Part shown: piece by piece, positions 1-8,773 of the stretch
How the letters are laid out: each line of letters opens with the position of its first letter
Position numbering within the stretch: position 1 is the stretch's first letter
Virus record (IMG/VR): IMGVR_UViG_3300035696_002955
Location: 424-64,423 of that record
Length of the DNA stretch: 64,000 nt
Source: a virus
Taxonomy: Duplodnaviria; Caudoviricetes
Direction: 5' to 3' (one strand)
Translations under genes and position numbers: made by a program
Notes under the pieces: generated by a model
Told to the model about the DNA's origin: nothing
Databases searched by the model: none
Seen by the model: the letters and a program-made list of their open reading frames with translations, nothing else

Positions 1-88
1 GCATCTTCCGTGGTTCCAGCAGGATGCGCGAAAACGGGTATTCGTTGGCGCTGCGCGTGGAGTCGATCTCGTGGAGGTTGGTTTCCAT
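1..88 (-). CDS. Hypothetical protein, runs off the left edge (METNLHEIDSTRSANEYPFSRILLEPRKM...)
   Basis: ATG at 88 on minus strand preceded by AGG; open to window edge; same orientation as neighbours. Confidence 0.5.
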   Translation of the reverse strand, partial: METNLHEIDSTRSANEYPFSRILLEPRKM

Positions 89-131
89 CCTGTTTTCCTG
101 GCAGCGTTTAGGCCCACTGGCGGGCGCTAGG

Positions 132-341
132 CTAGGCTGCTCCGTGGTAGACGGACTCATCGAACCGCTCGGCGTCCATGTCGCGCTGCTGCTGCTTGCC
201 GCAGCAGTCGCGTGCGCAAAGCAGCCGCTTATCTGCCGGGAAGTAAAGGGCGTCCTCGCCTTTCTTGATGCCCAGGCCGCAGCGGCCACACTTGCCGCCG
301 AACTTCGTCGTGATCCAGTAGGGTGCGCTGTTCCGTCTCAT
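132..341 (-). CDS. Small Cys-rich hypothetical protein (CGRC...CARDCC)
   Basis: 69-aa ORF, GGGAACC before ATG, putative Zn-binding Cys pattern. Confidence 0.65.
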   Translation of the reverse strand: MRRNSAPYWITTKFGGKCGRCGLGIKKGEDALYFPADKRLLCARDCCGKQQQRDMDAERFDESVYHGAA

Positions 342-426
342 GGTTCCCTTTCTGCCCGCTTGCCACGCTTGCGCGCTGTGGGCCCTTACTGTGTGGCCGG
401 TAACGCTTCCGGCCAGCGGCAGGACT

Positions 427-903
427 CTACTCCTTCGGGTCGTAACTGGCCACGATCTCGTCCTTGTGGTAGATGGTCCAAGCGTTCAGATTGTCGAAGG
501 TGGCTGCGCCGCGTGCCTCATGGAGCGTTTCGTAGTGGCCATGGCAGCTTGTGATGGTGTCATCGTCGTCGTCGAAGAGGGAGAAGGGGTAAGTCTGCAA
601 ATCTGTTGTTGGGTGCTCTTCTGCTTCCTCGGCGAGTTCCTCATCGCTTACGCATTGGCCGTGATCGGCGGCTGCCACGACCATATTGGCTGTCAGTTCG
701 GTGACTGTGCCCTTGGCGAAATCCAACCACTTGTCGCCGACTAACCGCTCGGTGTAGAGCATGACCACGCCGGAATCGTTGACGTAGGAGGTCCGCAGAC
801 TCACCCGGAACTTCTCGCCGGGGAAAGCTTTTAGGCCGAACTCTGCCGGAAACTGCTTCATCGCGTCCATAACCATTGCCTTCTGCTGTTCGTATCCGAT
901 CAT
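427..903 (-). CDS. Hypothetical protein
   Basis: 158-aa ORF with phage-like codon usage; AAAGGGG Shine-Dalgarno upstream. Confidence 0.75.
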   Translation of the reverse strand: MIGYEQQKAMVMDAMKQFPAEFGLKAFPGEKFRVSLRTSYVNDSGVVMLYTERLVGDKWLDFAKGTVTELTANMVVAAADHGQCVSDEELAEEAEEHPTTDLQTYPFSLFDDDDDTITSCHGHYETLHEARGAATFDNLNAWTIYHKDEIVASYDPKE

Positions 904-1023
904 TGATAGCCCCTTTCAAATGTCGCTTTCAAACTTACAACTGATACAATGCACCTAAAGTGATCGGATTGCAAGAAGAAAAGTGAATAATCTTCAACTA
1001 TTTTTCACTTTCGAGGTAAGTGC
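904..1023. promoter_or_regulatory. AT-rich divergent promoter/operator region
   Basis: AT-rich gap between divergent ORFs; imperfect inverted repeat AAAAGTGAATA...TATTTTTCACTTT. Confidence 0.5.
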
Positions 1024-1713
1024 ATGGCATTGGTTGCAGATAGCAGACCAGACGGAGAGCGATATACCCCCACCAGACCCACCGAAATGCCGTCGGAGCT
1101 GTCCTCCTTTGATCGACTCGATTACTGTCCCAACTTGAAGAGGGAGTTGCGCTCGTGCCAGGCTGCGATCATCGTGAGCTATCTCGAAACCTATTTTCCC
1201 CGTCCGCAGGACGCTCAAGGACGGCCATCTAGCGCCCCGGTGACCCTTCTACTCGACCGCATCTCGCGCGATTTGCAGATCTCCCGCAGGACTCTCCTGG
1301 TAACCCTCTCCATACTCGCCACCTGGTGGGGCACAGAAGCGGAGCGAAGCGCAGCGGCACGCACTGGACGCGAGTTTCTCAATCCCGCCCACTCGCTCCA
1401 CGGCAAGCTCAAGCCCTACTCCCTCACCGGCCGAAAACGCGCTCAATGGGGTGTTACATGGCATCTCCGACGTAATTGGCCCGTCCTCAATCGCCTCCTG
1501 AATCTCTCTCATGGCCAGCAATCGCAACAGGATGAACCGCATAGCCCAACACCTGGAAATATCCAGCCGCAGCATGAAGTGAACGCGTGCGCGACCCCTC
1601 AAACTGTGTCGATGCAGCCGTTTGAAAAGGTTTTACTCTCCAAATCGGTAATTGGGCAGGACCGGCGGAGCACGCGATACACGCGCAATAAGGCGTCAAA
1701 GGAACTCGATTAG
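1024..1713 (+). CDS. Hypothetical protein with probable winged-HTH resembling the N-terminus of phage replisome organisers
   Basis: YCPNLKRELRSCQAAIIVSYL...RISRDLQISRRTL pattern; true start uncertain (1024 or 1087). Confidence 0.55.
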   Translation: MALVADSRPDGERYTPTRPTEMPSELSSFDRLDYCPNLKRELRSCQAAIIVSYLETYFPRPQDAQGRPSSAPVTLLLDRISRDLQISRRTLLVTLSILATWWGTEAERSAAARTGREFLNPAHSLHGKLKPYSLTGRKRAQWGVTWHLRRNWPVLNRLLNLSHGQQSQQDEPHSPTPGNIQPQHEVNACATPQTVSMQPFEKVLLSKSVIGQDRRSTRYTRNKASKELD

Positions 1714-1904
1714 TTCCCGAAACGTGCTCGTAACCACCATATATATGATGTATTTGAGTGGCCCTCGTGAAATCGAAAACCGGGGTGCTGGGATACGTCG
1801 GAGGGTCCAGCGGACGCGCCACGGGGCTCCTAGAGGCTGTTTTGAGGCCAAAAGGGACGGTTGAACGCCGGTATTGGCGAAATCGGCCTGTGTACCATGT
1901 ACAC

Positions 1905-2186
1905 ATGAGCACAATCTGGAAAGCGGTCTGGCATTGCGATGTGTGCGGTCACGAATGGCTCAAAACGGACGGCGTAGTGACGCCTGAGACCTGTCCAGTC
2001 AGAACCTGCCGCTCTCGCCAATGGAACAAGGCCGCGCCGACGGCCGCCGCCACCACTGCAATGCCCGCCGCCGCCCCGCTGGCCCGGCCACAGCGCGTCT
2101 CCTGCCCAAAATGCGACACCAAACTGCTTGATTGGGGACCGCAGCACCAGCGCTGCCCTGAATGCTCCCAGAACTGGCCGCGCTAG
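1905..2186 (+). CDS. Double Zn-ribbon protein (CDVCGHEW...CPVRTCRSRQWN; CPKC...CPEC)
   Basis: Cys pairs; ATG 1905 in frame with ORF 1758-2186. Confidence 0.7.
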   Translation: MSTIWKAVWHCDVCGHEWLKTDGVVTPETCPVRTCRSRQWNKAAPTAAATTAMPAAAPLARPQRVSCPKCDTKLLDWGPQHQRCPECSQNWPR

Positions 2187-2583
2187 GTGCACAGTGTCAG
2201 ATATAGCTCTAAGACGATGGCCGCGATGTGTCAATGTTGCCGATTATCGACTCCAATCTGACAGATATAGTGTCAGGACACGATGAACGGCTGGGGTGTA
2301 CCCCAATCTGACGCCTTCGATCTGGATTCTGAGCCACCAATGGAGGGATACCCTCCCGATCCTGACCATCCACCAGCCTCAATCGGATGCGATCGACCTG
2401 GACAGGGAACCATCCCAGCCGGCCACCCTCCGCTCGACCCTCCAAAAGCCGTCCACAAAAAGACGATCTGCCGCGACGCCGCCTTCGCCGACGACCGATA
2501 CCGTGTATGCAAACGTGTATTTTCTCACCAAAAAAAATGAAAAAAAGTAGACCTGTAAAATTGGGAGACGAGGTGAAGAGGCG

Positions 2584-2814
2584 ATGACGGACGTGGTGAG
2601 ATGGGCTCGGAAGAAGGCAGTGACGCATTACCTGTACGACGCGACGATGATCGACGGCGAGGCGCTTGCGGCATCGCTGGAGAAATTCAGGCCGCACCTG
2701 ATAGGAGTAGTTGGTAATCCGAACACTTTGGCGCCTATAACGGTCGAGTGCCCAGTTCGTCCGTGTCGGTATGCGAGTCATGCGCCACGGGGTGTGAGGA
2801 GGGTTTCACGATGA
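2584..2814 (+). CDS. Hypothetical protein
   Basis: GAGG SD before ATG; ATGA overlap with the next gene. Confidence 0.6.
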   Translation: MTDVVRWARKKAVTHYLYDATMIDGEALAASLEKFRPHLIGVVGNPNTLAPITVECPVRPCRYASHAPRGVRRVSR

Positions 2815-3038
2815 CGAAGGACGAACTGAAGGCAGAGGTGACGCGTCGGCTGGGGTTGAAGGGGGAAGTGGACGCGGATAAGTTGGGGGAGATGATGGAC
2901 GCGCATCTGACGCCGTATGCGGGGACGTACAAGTTTGATGGAGGGGGAGTGGGGTGGTTAGAGCGGGAGATGACGCGGAAGATTACGGCGAATGGTCGGG
3001 CGGCGTTGAACCGGGCGCGAGAGGCGGCGCATAAATGA
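2811..3038 (+). CDS. Hypothetical protein (MTKDELKAEV...)
   Basis: GAGGAGGG SD; ATGA translational coupling at 2811-2814. Confidence 0.65.
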   Translation: MTKDELKAEVTRRLGLKGEVDADKLGEMMDAHLTPYAGTYKFDGGGVGWLEREMTRKITANGRAALNRAREAAHK

Positions 3039-3096
3039 GGCTGCTTAGGGTGGAACTGAGCCCGATTGCTGAAAAAATTCGTGGAGGTGGGCGGCC

Positions 3097-3273
3097 ATGA
3101 AGCACACGATGCGGTTTCTGCGGAGCCTTCGGTACTTGGAGTGGATTCGCGTCGGCCGACCTCGCGGATACGTTTTATGTCCCGATGGCGGCCTGATGGC
3201 GTACTGGCAGGTCAATAGCGGAACGCTGGCTGGCCTGGAACGTTCCGCTGCGCCCTTCCCGGCCTCCGAGTAG
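3097..3273 (+). CDS. 58-aa hypothetical protein below the ORF-track cutoff (MKHTMRFLRSLRYLEWIRVG...)
   Basis: GGAGGT SD upstream of ATG 3097; TAG at 3271-3273. Confidence 0.5.
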   Translation: MKHTMRFLRSLRYLEWIRVGRPRGYVLCPDGGLMAYWQVNSGTLAGLERSAAPFPASE

Positions 3274-3304
3274 CTTCTGGGGTGGGGTAGACGGCCTGCC
3301 GGGG

Positions 3305-3820
3305 TCAGGAAGCGGTCAGACTGGCCCCTGTCGGCAGCGCACGCATTTCCTCCATCGGAAGCCTTTCGCCTGAATAGGAAGGCTCCCAAACCGAGTCGCA
3401 GAAGGCGCAAATCCTATCTCTGCTCTGACCCATGCCATCCCATCCACCTGGGAAATCGGGGCCGGCAAGTCGCTCTGGTGAGTGAAATGAGCACTGGCCT
3501 GTCGGCAACTCGACGTAAAGAACCCATTCAAATCCCTTTGTCTTCGGATCTCGCTTCCATCCCCATGTCGGCGCCGACTCGAAAGCCGCCATCGCGTTCA
3601 AAATCCGGCATACCTCGCTCAAAGACCAGTTTTTTACCTCGTAGGCGTCACGAGTGAACCTCCTGCCGCGGTACTTCTTGGCGGCCATTGAACGCTTCTG
3701 AGAGCGGAAGAGAGCAACCGCAAGCTGTCCTTTGAGTCCGAAGGTGTTCATTTTGGCGTAATAGGCTTTTGTCACGTCGCCGTTTTGCTGGGTAAAGACT
3801 GAATCTGCAAGCATTTCCAA
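3305..3820 (-). CDS. Phage protein with an LPTGQxSFH...WDG motif (resembles the WDGH-type phage domain)
   Basis: WGWKRD...VLYVELPTGQCSFH...GPDFPGGWDG. Confidence 0.7.
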   Translation of the reverse strand: MEMLADSVFTQQNGDVTKAYYAKMNTFGLKGQLAVALFRSQKRSMAAKKYRGRRFTRDAYEVKNWSLSEVCRILNAMAAFESAPTWGWKRDPKTKGFEWVLYVELPTGQCSFHSPERLAGPDFPGGWDGMGQSRDRICAFCDSVWEPSYSGERLPMEEMRALPTGASLTAS

Positions 3821-4344
3821 CCATCCCTATCGGAGTTTTTCGCTTTTCGTGAATTTCATAAAATCAATCAAACACACTTAGGACTTTGGCTCAAATCGGC
3901 TAAATTCAAGATTCAGATTGTTTGCGCTATGTCGGCAGGACTCCGAAAAGTCCTGTTTTCCACGCCGGATCGTCCTGCGGCAGCTAGCCGTTTATCAGGT
4001 CCAAGTGCTGTCCACCTGGCGACGGTCACCCGTCGGAACACGCGGCCCAAGTCCCCGTCAACAGATTTTGGCCGGTACAGCCATTGCCTGCGGACGCTTC
4101 AAAGCCATTTGCGCTCTACTCTGTCACTCGTGCCGAGACGCAGAACTGCGCTTCAAGAAGAGCGGGCCGAATTGTCGGGGGCTGTTTCATGGAGCACTTC
4201 ACCTCAGCGAGAAAAGAATAGCACACAGAACCGGTTGACTGATACAATAATTTCAGCGGGGGAGAGGTGGCGCAACTCCCTCCTATCGGCTCTTTGCCTC
4301 AGCAGCTAGACCCGTCCCCCGCGACTCATCATTTAGAAAACAAA

Positions 4345-4360
4345 GGTTCCACGTGGAACA
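4345..4360. promoter_or_regulatory. parS centromere-like site GGTTCCACGTGGAACA
   Basis: Perfect 14-bp palindrome GTTCCACGTGGAAC; reverse complement TGTTCCACGTGGAACC fits the known chromosomal parS type; intergenic. Confidence 0.75.
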
Positions 4361-4393
4361 CCCTCGGCCAACCAGCCGGGGGTTCTCAGTTTT
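4356..4393 (+). terminator. Possible intrinsic terminator
   Basis: Stem CCCTCGGC/GCCGGGGG with outer GAAC/GTTC pairing, followed by TCAGTTTT. Confidence 0.4.
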
Positions 4394-4440
4394 GGCAGGA
4401 CTCTAATTTTAGAATCTGATAGATACAGTTGGCACTCTAG

Positions 4441-4797
4441 GTGTATTCTCTGAATGTGGCTTTAACAGAACCTATTGAACTCCCTCTCTGCGACGTTTGC
4501 GGAAACACATGGTTTCCGCGCGAGAAGGCGGCGCGCAAAGACCCAAGAGCCTACGACGCGGCCCAGCGCGCCCTTGGCGCCAAAGGAAAACCGCTGCGCT
4601 GCGGGATGTGCAAGTCGCCCAACTGGGACCGGGACTGGCTGAAAGAACAGAAAGCGGCGCCGGTGTCGACACCAGACGACGATCTCAGCGACGACCAACT
4701 GCGCATACGGTACGCAGTGAAAGCCGTTGTCGTTCCTGGCCGTTGCAAGCACCTGTTGCTGGACTGCCCGATCTGCCACCACACGGAGGACGCATGA
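4441..4797 (+). CDS. Zn-ribbon protein (CDVCGNTW...CGMCKSPNWD; CKH...CPIC)
   Basis: Cys pattern; ATGA overlap with next gene; start may be GTG 4456. Confidence 0.7.
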   Translation: MYSLNVALTEPIELPLCDVCGNTWFPREKAARKDPRAYDAAQRALGAKGKPLRCGMCKSPNWDRDWLKEQKAAPVSTPDDDLSDDQLRIRYAVKAVVVPGRCKHLLLDCPICHHTEDA

Positions 4798-5042
4798 AAG
4801 CTGACGAAGCAGCCAAGACCATCAGGGCCATCAAAATCGACGGGCCCACGCTGATCCTGATCGACCAGACGCAGATCGACATGGATGCTCTGGCTCTGAC
4901 TATGGCAGGATTCCCGTTCGAGGGTATAAACAAGAATGTATTGGTGATCGGCGTCGACGGCGCGCCTTCATTGGCGCAGTTTACTATCGAGCAGATCGAG
5001 CAAGTCCTCCGTCTCCTCAAGAGAAGCACGCAGGCCGTCTAG
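4794..5042 (+). CDS. Hypothetical protein (MKADEAAKT...)
   Basis: GGAGG SD; ATGA coupling at 4794-4797. Confidence 0.75.
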   Translation: MKADEAAKTIRAIKIDGPTLILIDQTQIDMDALALTMAGFPFEGINKNVLVIGVDGAPSLAQFTIEQIEQVLRLLKRSTQAV

Positions 5043-5045
5043 CGC

Positions 5046-5318
5046 ATGGACCCCCGCCTACAGCCCTACTACCTCTCCAGATGGAAGTGCCCCGTCCACG
5101 GGAAGTACACGGCTCGGACGAAAGACCCTGTGGACCCCGTGCGCAATCCGATCATGTGCCCTGAGTGCCGTTCGTGGATTCAATTTGAAGCCCAGATCAA
5201 GGGAATGACGGTGCAGAGCGTACCCCAAGTGAGCAAGCCACGCCTCCCGCAGGCCAAAGACAATTCCATGATCGTGTCAGCGAAAGCCCCGTCGCGGAAG
5301 CGCGGACACACGTTTTGA
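5046..5318 (+). CDS. Zn-finger hypothetical protein (CPVH...CPEC)
   Basis: 90-aa ORF tightly packed in the operon. Confidence 0.7.
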   Translation: MDPRLQPYYLSRWKCPVHGKYTARTKDPVDPVRNPIMCPECRSWIQFEAQIKGMTVQSVPQVSKPRLPQAKDNSMIVSAKAPSRKRGHTF

Positions 5319-5330
5319 AATGGGGGACTC

Positions 5331-5573
5331 GTGGTCGAGATCGAGAACCTTTCAGAGAGCGCCAGGGCTTGTTGGGAACGGTCCTGCGCCGGCAAAGAGA
5401 AGTTCCCCTCGATGAACGCCGCAGAAGCCTTTGCGAAAGCCATGCACGAAGGGAAGCTGCAACTCAGAAAAGATGTGCCACGGGGTGATTGGGGACTTCT
5501 GAACGCCTACGGCCCATGTGAGTTCTGCTCCACGCCTGAAAAACCTCAATTTCACCTTGGCCACGCAAAATAA
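5331..5573 (+). CDS. Small Zn-finger-like phage protein (CAGKEKF...CEFC...FHLGH)
   Basis: GGGGG SD before GTG; C-x2-K...C-x2-C...H pattern. Confidence 0.7.
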   Translation: MVEIENLSESARACWERSCAGKEKFPSMNAAEAFAKAMHEGKLQLRKDVPRGDWGLLNAYGPCEFCSTPEKPQFHLGHAK

Positions 5574-5579
5574 TCTGCA

Positions 5580-5588
5580 TGGTACTCT
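5580..5588 (+). promoter_or_regulatory. TGGTACTCT extended -10-like promoter motif, copy 1
   Basis: Intergenic, 26 nt before ATG 5615; 17 nt (TGGTACTCTCTACCCGC) identical to the copy at 27891. Confidence 0.7.
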
Positions 5589-5614
5589 CTACCCGCCAAA
5601 AGGGGTGCTCGTTC

Positions 5615-7549
5615 ATGTATCGGATAATCCGCTTTCTTATCGTTCTTTTGGGGCTCTCAGGAGCTATTCAGGCTCTTGCATCCACGCCGACACCGCTGCC
5701 GATCACCGGGAACCTGGGATCAATCTCTGGAAGTCCGCAGCCCTATGCCGGCATCCTCATTCAGCTTCAGAATTGCCCTAGTCCTGTCACCATCCCTGGC
5801 TACTACGGAATCGTCCAGCAGACACTCAAAATTCAGGCCAACTCCGCAGGACTCATTAACTCGACCATCTGGGCAAACGATGTTATCGACTGCGGCGGCG
5901 CCACGGGATTCAGTCAGTACAGCGAAGTGGCCATAGTGAACGGTGTCCCTAGCGGCACTCCGCAGTGCTACCAGATCACTTCGACGCAAGGCTCCTGGTA
6001 TCTCAACACCCAGCAGCCAGTGACCTGCAGCTCGACGCCTCCGGTCAGTTACGACGGGCAGTTCACTAACCTGAATATCTTGAATTGTGTCTCCTTCCAG
6101 AGCGGAACGTGCACGGGATTTCCATTAGTCTTGGGTGGGACGGGGGCGCAAACGGCCGCCGGCGCATGGACGAACATCTTTGGTGGAGCGGCGATCGCCA
6201 ATTCATGCAGCCTGCTGGCTACCAACAGTTCCGGTGCGCTGATATGTTCCCCTGTGACAATCGCCAGCGGTACAGTCTACGGGCCAGCCTATTACAACTC
6301 GACCGGAATAACCGGGGCGACTCCCTTCAACGGCTTGGGCTACTGGTCAACCAGCGCAGGGCCGGTTGCCGCTACCTCGCACAACGAGAGCACCCCGGCC
6401 AACTGCATCGCGGCGAGCGGCTCTGGCACGGCTTATACCTGCACTACATCCCCCACCTTTGTGCCAGGCAACGGCGATCACATCCAGTTCCGGGCCGACG
6501 TGGCCAACACTGGCTCGGCGACCCTAGCGGTCAACAGTCAGGCGGCAGCGACCATCAAAAAGTGGGGCGGCAGCGGCGCGCTCATCGCCAATGATCTGCT
6601 GGCCGCGCACTGGATCAGCGCCACCTACGACGGTACTTATTGGCAACTTGAAGGCCAGCTCGGCAACGCCAACTCGACTCAGATCAATGGTGTTACGCTC
6701 AGCGGCCTGGCCACCGGGATGCTCAAAAACACCACTGGCACGGGAGTGCCAACCGTCGGCGTCGCCGGCACGGACTATGTCGCGCCGGGGGGAGCCGGTG
6801 GAACCCCATCAAGCCTGACACTCACCAACGCCACCGGCTTGCCGCTCGCGACAGGCGTTAGTGGAACGCTGCCTATGGCTAATGGAGGCGCCGGCGCAGC
6901 CTTGACTGCTGCTGCGGGTGGCCTTGCCTACTCCACGTCATCAGCCGTTGCCATCGGGGTTGCCGGGACCGCTGGCCAAGCCGCTGTGTCAGGTGGCACA
7001 GGCGCGCCGGGATTCTCTGATCTGTGGCTTCCTGTGAAATTTGCCCCTGCGAACTGCAACAACGCCACAGCGGGCAACGGCATGAGCCTGCCCACGTCGG
7101 CCGCGCCCACGGCAGTCTGCCGAACAGGCACTTATGTGCAGGCTGGTTATCTGCAATTCACCGCATCAGAGAGCGCACAATGGCAGGACGAGGTGCCAGG
7201 GGATTGGGACTCAGCCAACGGGCCTTATGTGCGGCTGAATTACACCCAGGCGACGGCTACCGGCTCACAGAGCATCATTTTCACGGTCGCGGCGGTTTGC
7301 TCCACGACGGTAGACGATACCGTCTGGCCAGCGGTGCAGACCTTCGGCACCACTACCACGGGCACCACCATCAATACGCAGTATGTGCAGACCTTGCAAC
7401 TCAACTCCACGACGATGGCCAACTGCGCGGCGGGGAAGATTATTAACTTCCAGATCAATACGGCCAGTGGATCGAGCGCGACAGCTAATCTCCAGATGGT
7501 CACGGTGACCTGGCCGCACAAGACGCCGGGCGTGGCGGAGGCTAATTAA
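5615..7549 (+). CDS. Tail fibre/spike-like protein with an N-terminal Sec signal peptide
   Basis: MYRIIRFLIVLLGLSGAIQALA leader; G/T/S/A-rich beta repeats; LPMANGGAG fibre-type motif; 14 Cys counted. Confidence 0.75.
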   Translation: MYRIIRFLIVLLGLSGAIQALASTPTPLPITGNLGSISGSPQPYAGILIQLQNCPSPVTIPGYYGIVQQTLKIQANSAGLINSTIWANDVIDCGGATGFSQYSEVAIVNGVPSGTPQCYQITSTQGSWYLNTQQPVTCSSTPPVSYDGQFTNLNILNCVSFQSGTCTGFPLVLGGTGAQTAAGAWTNIFGGAAIANSCSLLATNSSGALICSPVTIASGTVYGPAYYNSTGITGATPFNGLGYWSTSAGPVAATSHNESTPANCIAASGSGTAYTCTTSPTFVPGNGDHIQFRADVANTGSATLAVNSQAAATIKKWGGSGALIANDLLAAHWISATYDGTYWQLEGQLGNANSTQINGVTLSGLATGMLKNTTGTGVPTVGVAGTDYVAPGGAGGTPSSLTLTNATGLPLATGVSGTLPMANGGAGAALTAAAGGLAYSTSSAVAIGVAGTAGQAAVSGGTGAPGFSDLWLPVKFAPANCNNATAGNGMSLPTSAAPTAVCRTGTYVQAGYLQFTASESAQWQDEVPGDWDSANGPYVRLNYTQATATGSQSIIFTVAAVCSTTVDDTVWPAVQTFGTTTTGTTINTQYVQTLQLNSTTMANCAAGKIINFQINTASGSSATANLQMVTVTWPHKTPGVAEAN

Positions 7550-7550
7550 C

Positions 7551-8381
7551 ATGAAGAAGCTACTGGTCCTTGGCTTGATGCTTTGTGCTTTGCTGGCGCC
7601 TGTTGAGGCTTCGGCGACGATTGCGCTGGTGAGCAACTATTTTAATTCCAACGCCAACTCAACTACTGTGGTTTCAGGATCGATAAGTACAACCGGGGCG
7701 TCGCTGATCGTCGTAACGTGCACCAGCGCTTACACTATTTCCTCAGTCTCCAACTCTGGAACGGCCGACTCCTGGAACCTTCTCGCAGATTATGGAGGTA
7801 GCAATGTTGGCTATACGCGCATGGCCTATGCCTATGCGCCCACCACGAGTTCATCGCAGACTTTTACCTGCACCTTTTCGAGCAGTGCTTCGCAACACTA
7901 CAACACTATTACCGTGCTTGCTGTTTCCGGTACTATGACCACAAGTGGGGTTCTCCGGACGAGCGTTGGACTTAATGATTCTGGCAGTACCTCTGTGTCC
8001 CCAGGAAGCATCACCCCATCCATAGTGGGTGAGCTAATTGTATCTTCAGCGATAGGGGCGGACAGCATTTCGGAACTTTGCACCAGCGTCACAACGCCCA
8101 CTTCTTTCACAAGCCTGGGTAATATATGCGGAGCCAATGCTGTATATAATCCTGCTGCCGCTGGCTATTACATCCCAAGCAGCACTTCAACGGTCACGCC
8201 GACTTGGGTGTTCAACAATGCCGCAGGTGCCCATGCGGCATCGGAGATGGCTGCTTTCTGTCCCGCGTCGGGTTGTACTGCTCCATCTTACGGCTTCCCT
8301 GGTTTCATACGCTCCAGCCTGGACTTCGACTTTGACCCTTACAACCTATGGAAATTTCAAGGAGAACACCATGCAGCTTGA
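7551..8381 (+). CDS. S/T-rich secreted beta-sandwich protein, possibly receptor-binding or fibre-associated
   Basis: MKKLLVLGLMLCALLAPVEASA signal peptide; lower GC than flanks; 6 Cys in the mature part. Confidence 0.75.
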   Translation: MKKLLVLGLMLCALLAPVEASATIALVSNYFNSNANSTTVVSGSISTTGASLIVVTCTSAYTISSVSNSGTADSWNLLADYGGSNVGYTRMAYAYAPTTSSSQTFTCTFSSSASQHYNTITVLAVSGTMTTSGVLRTSVGLNDSGSTSVSPGSITPSIVGELIVSSAIGADSISELCTSVTTPTSFTSLGNICGANAVYNPAAAGYYIPSSTSTVTPTWVFNNAAGAHAASEMAAFCPASGCTAPSYGFPGFIRSSLDFDFDPYNLWKFQGEHHAA

Positions 8382-8676
8382 TTACACGCTTTCCGGCTAC
8401 GTCTTTGAAGGCATCCCTGTACCCACAGCGGTGCTCCACATCGACCGCGTGATCTTCGATTTCTCCGGCACTGCGATTGTGCAAGGACGCATCTTTCCCA
8501 GCTTGGCGGAGATGCAGGCCAACGGCGCGGCGGCTACCTTCCAGTGGTCGTATCCAGTAGCCGATGCACAACCGCTGGCGCAGATTTGGGCGGGGCTGTG
8601 CGCTATGGCGGGGCTGACTGATTCTACTGGCGCTGCCGTGAACTTGGTGGGCGCAGTGCCCGTGCCGGGAGAGTAA
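8371..8676 (+). CDS. Small tail-fibre-associated protein (possible assembly chaperone)
   Basis: AAGGAGA SD before ATG 8371; follows the fibre genes. Confidence 0.65.
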   Translation: MQLDYTLSGYVFEGIPVPTAVLHIDRVIFDFSGTAIVQGRIFPSLAEMQANGAAATFQWSYPVADAQPLAQIWAGLCAMAGLTDSTGAAVNLVGAVPVPGE

Positions 8677-8739
8677 CGGGCCATCGGCCAGACCTCGGCG
8701 CAGATCGACGCGCTATTCGTGCTGGCGGGAACGCTTTAA
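8677..8739 (+). pseudogene. Orphan C-terminal gene remnant (RAIGQTSAQIDALFVLAGTL*)
   Basis: Open frame directly after TAA 8676 in the same frame; resembles the G-x-T-x-x-QIDALF-x-x-A C-terminus of common phage tail-accessory proteins. Confidence 0.5.
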
Positions 8740-8773
8740 GCCGCTGAATATCTCATTGAACGGAGAGCAACAA

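Noticed and set aside
3929-4309. 126-aa plus-strand ORF in the gap before the parS site
   Set aside because: S/R/T-rich composition typical of non-coding frames; no SD; region looks regulatory
4430-4438. TGGCACTCT as a seventh promoter copy
   Set aside because: Mismatch falls on the critical first T of the -10 hexamer, and it sits too close to the next start
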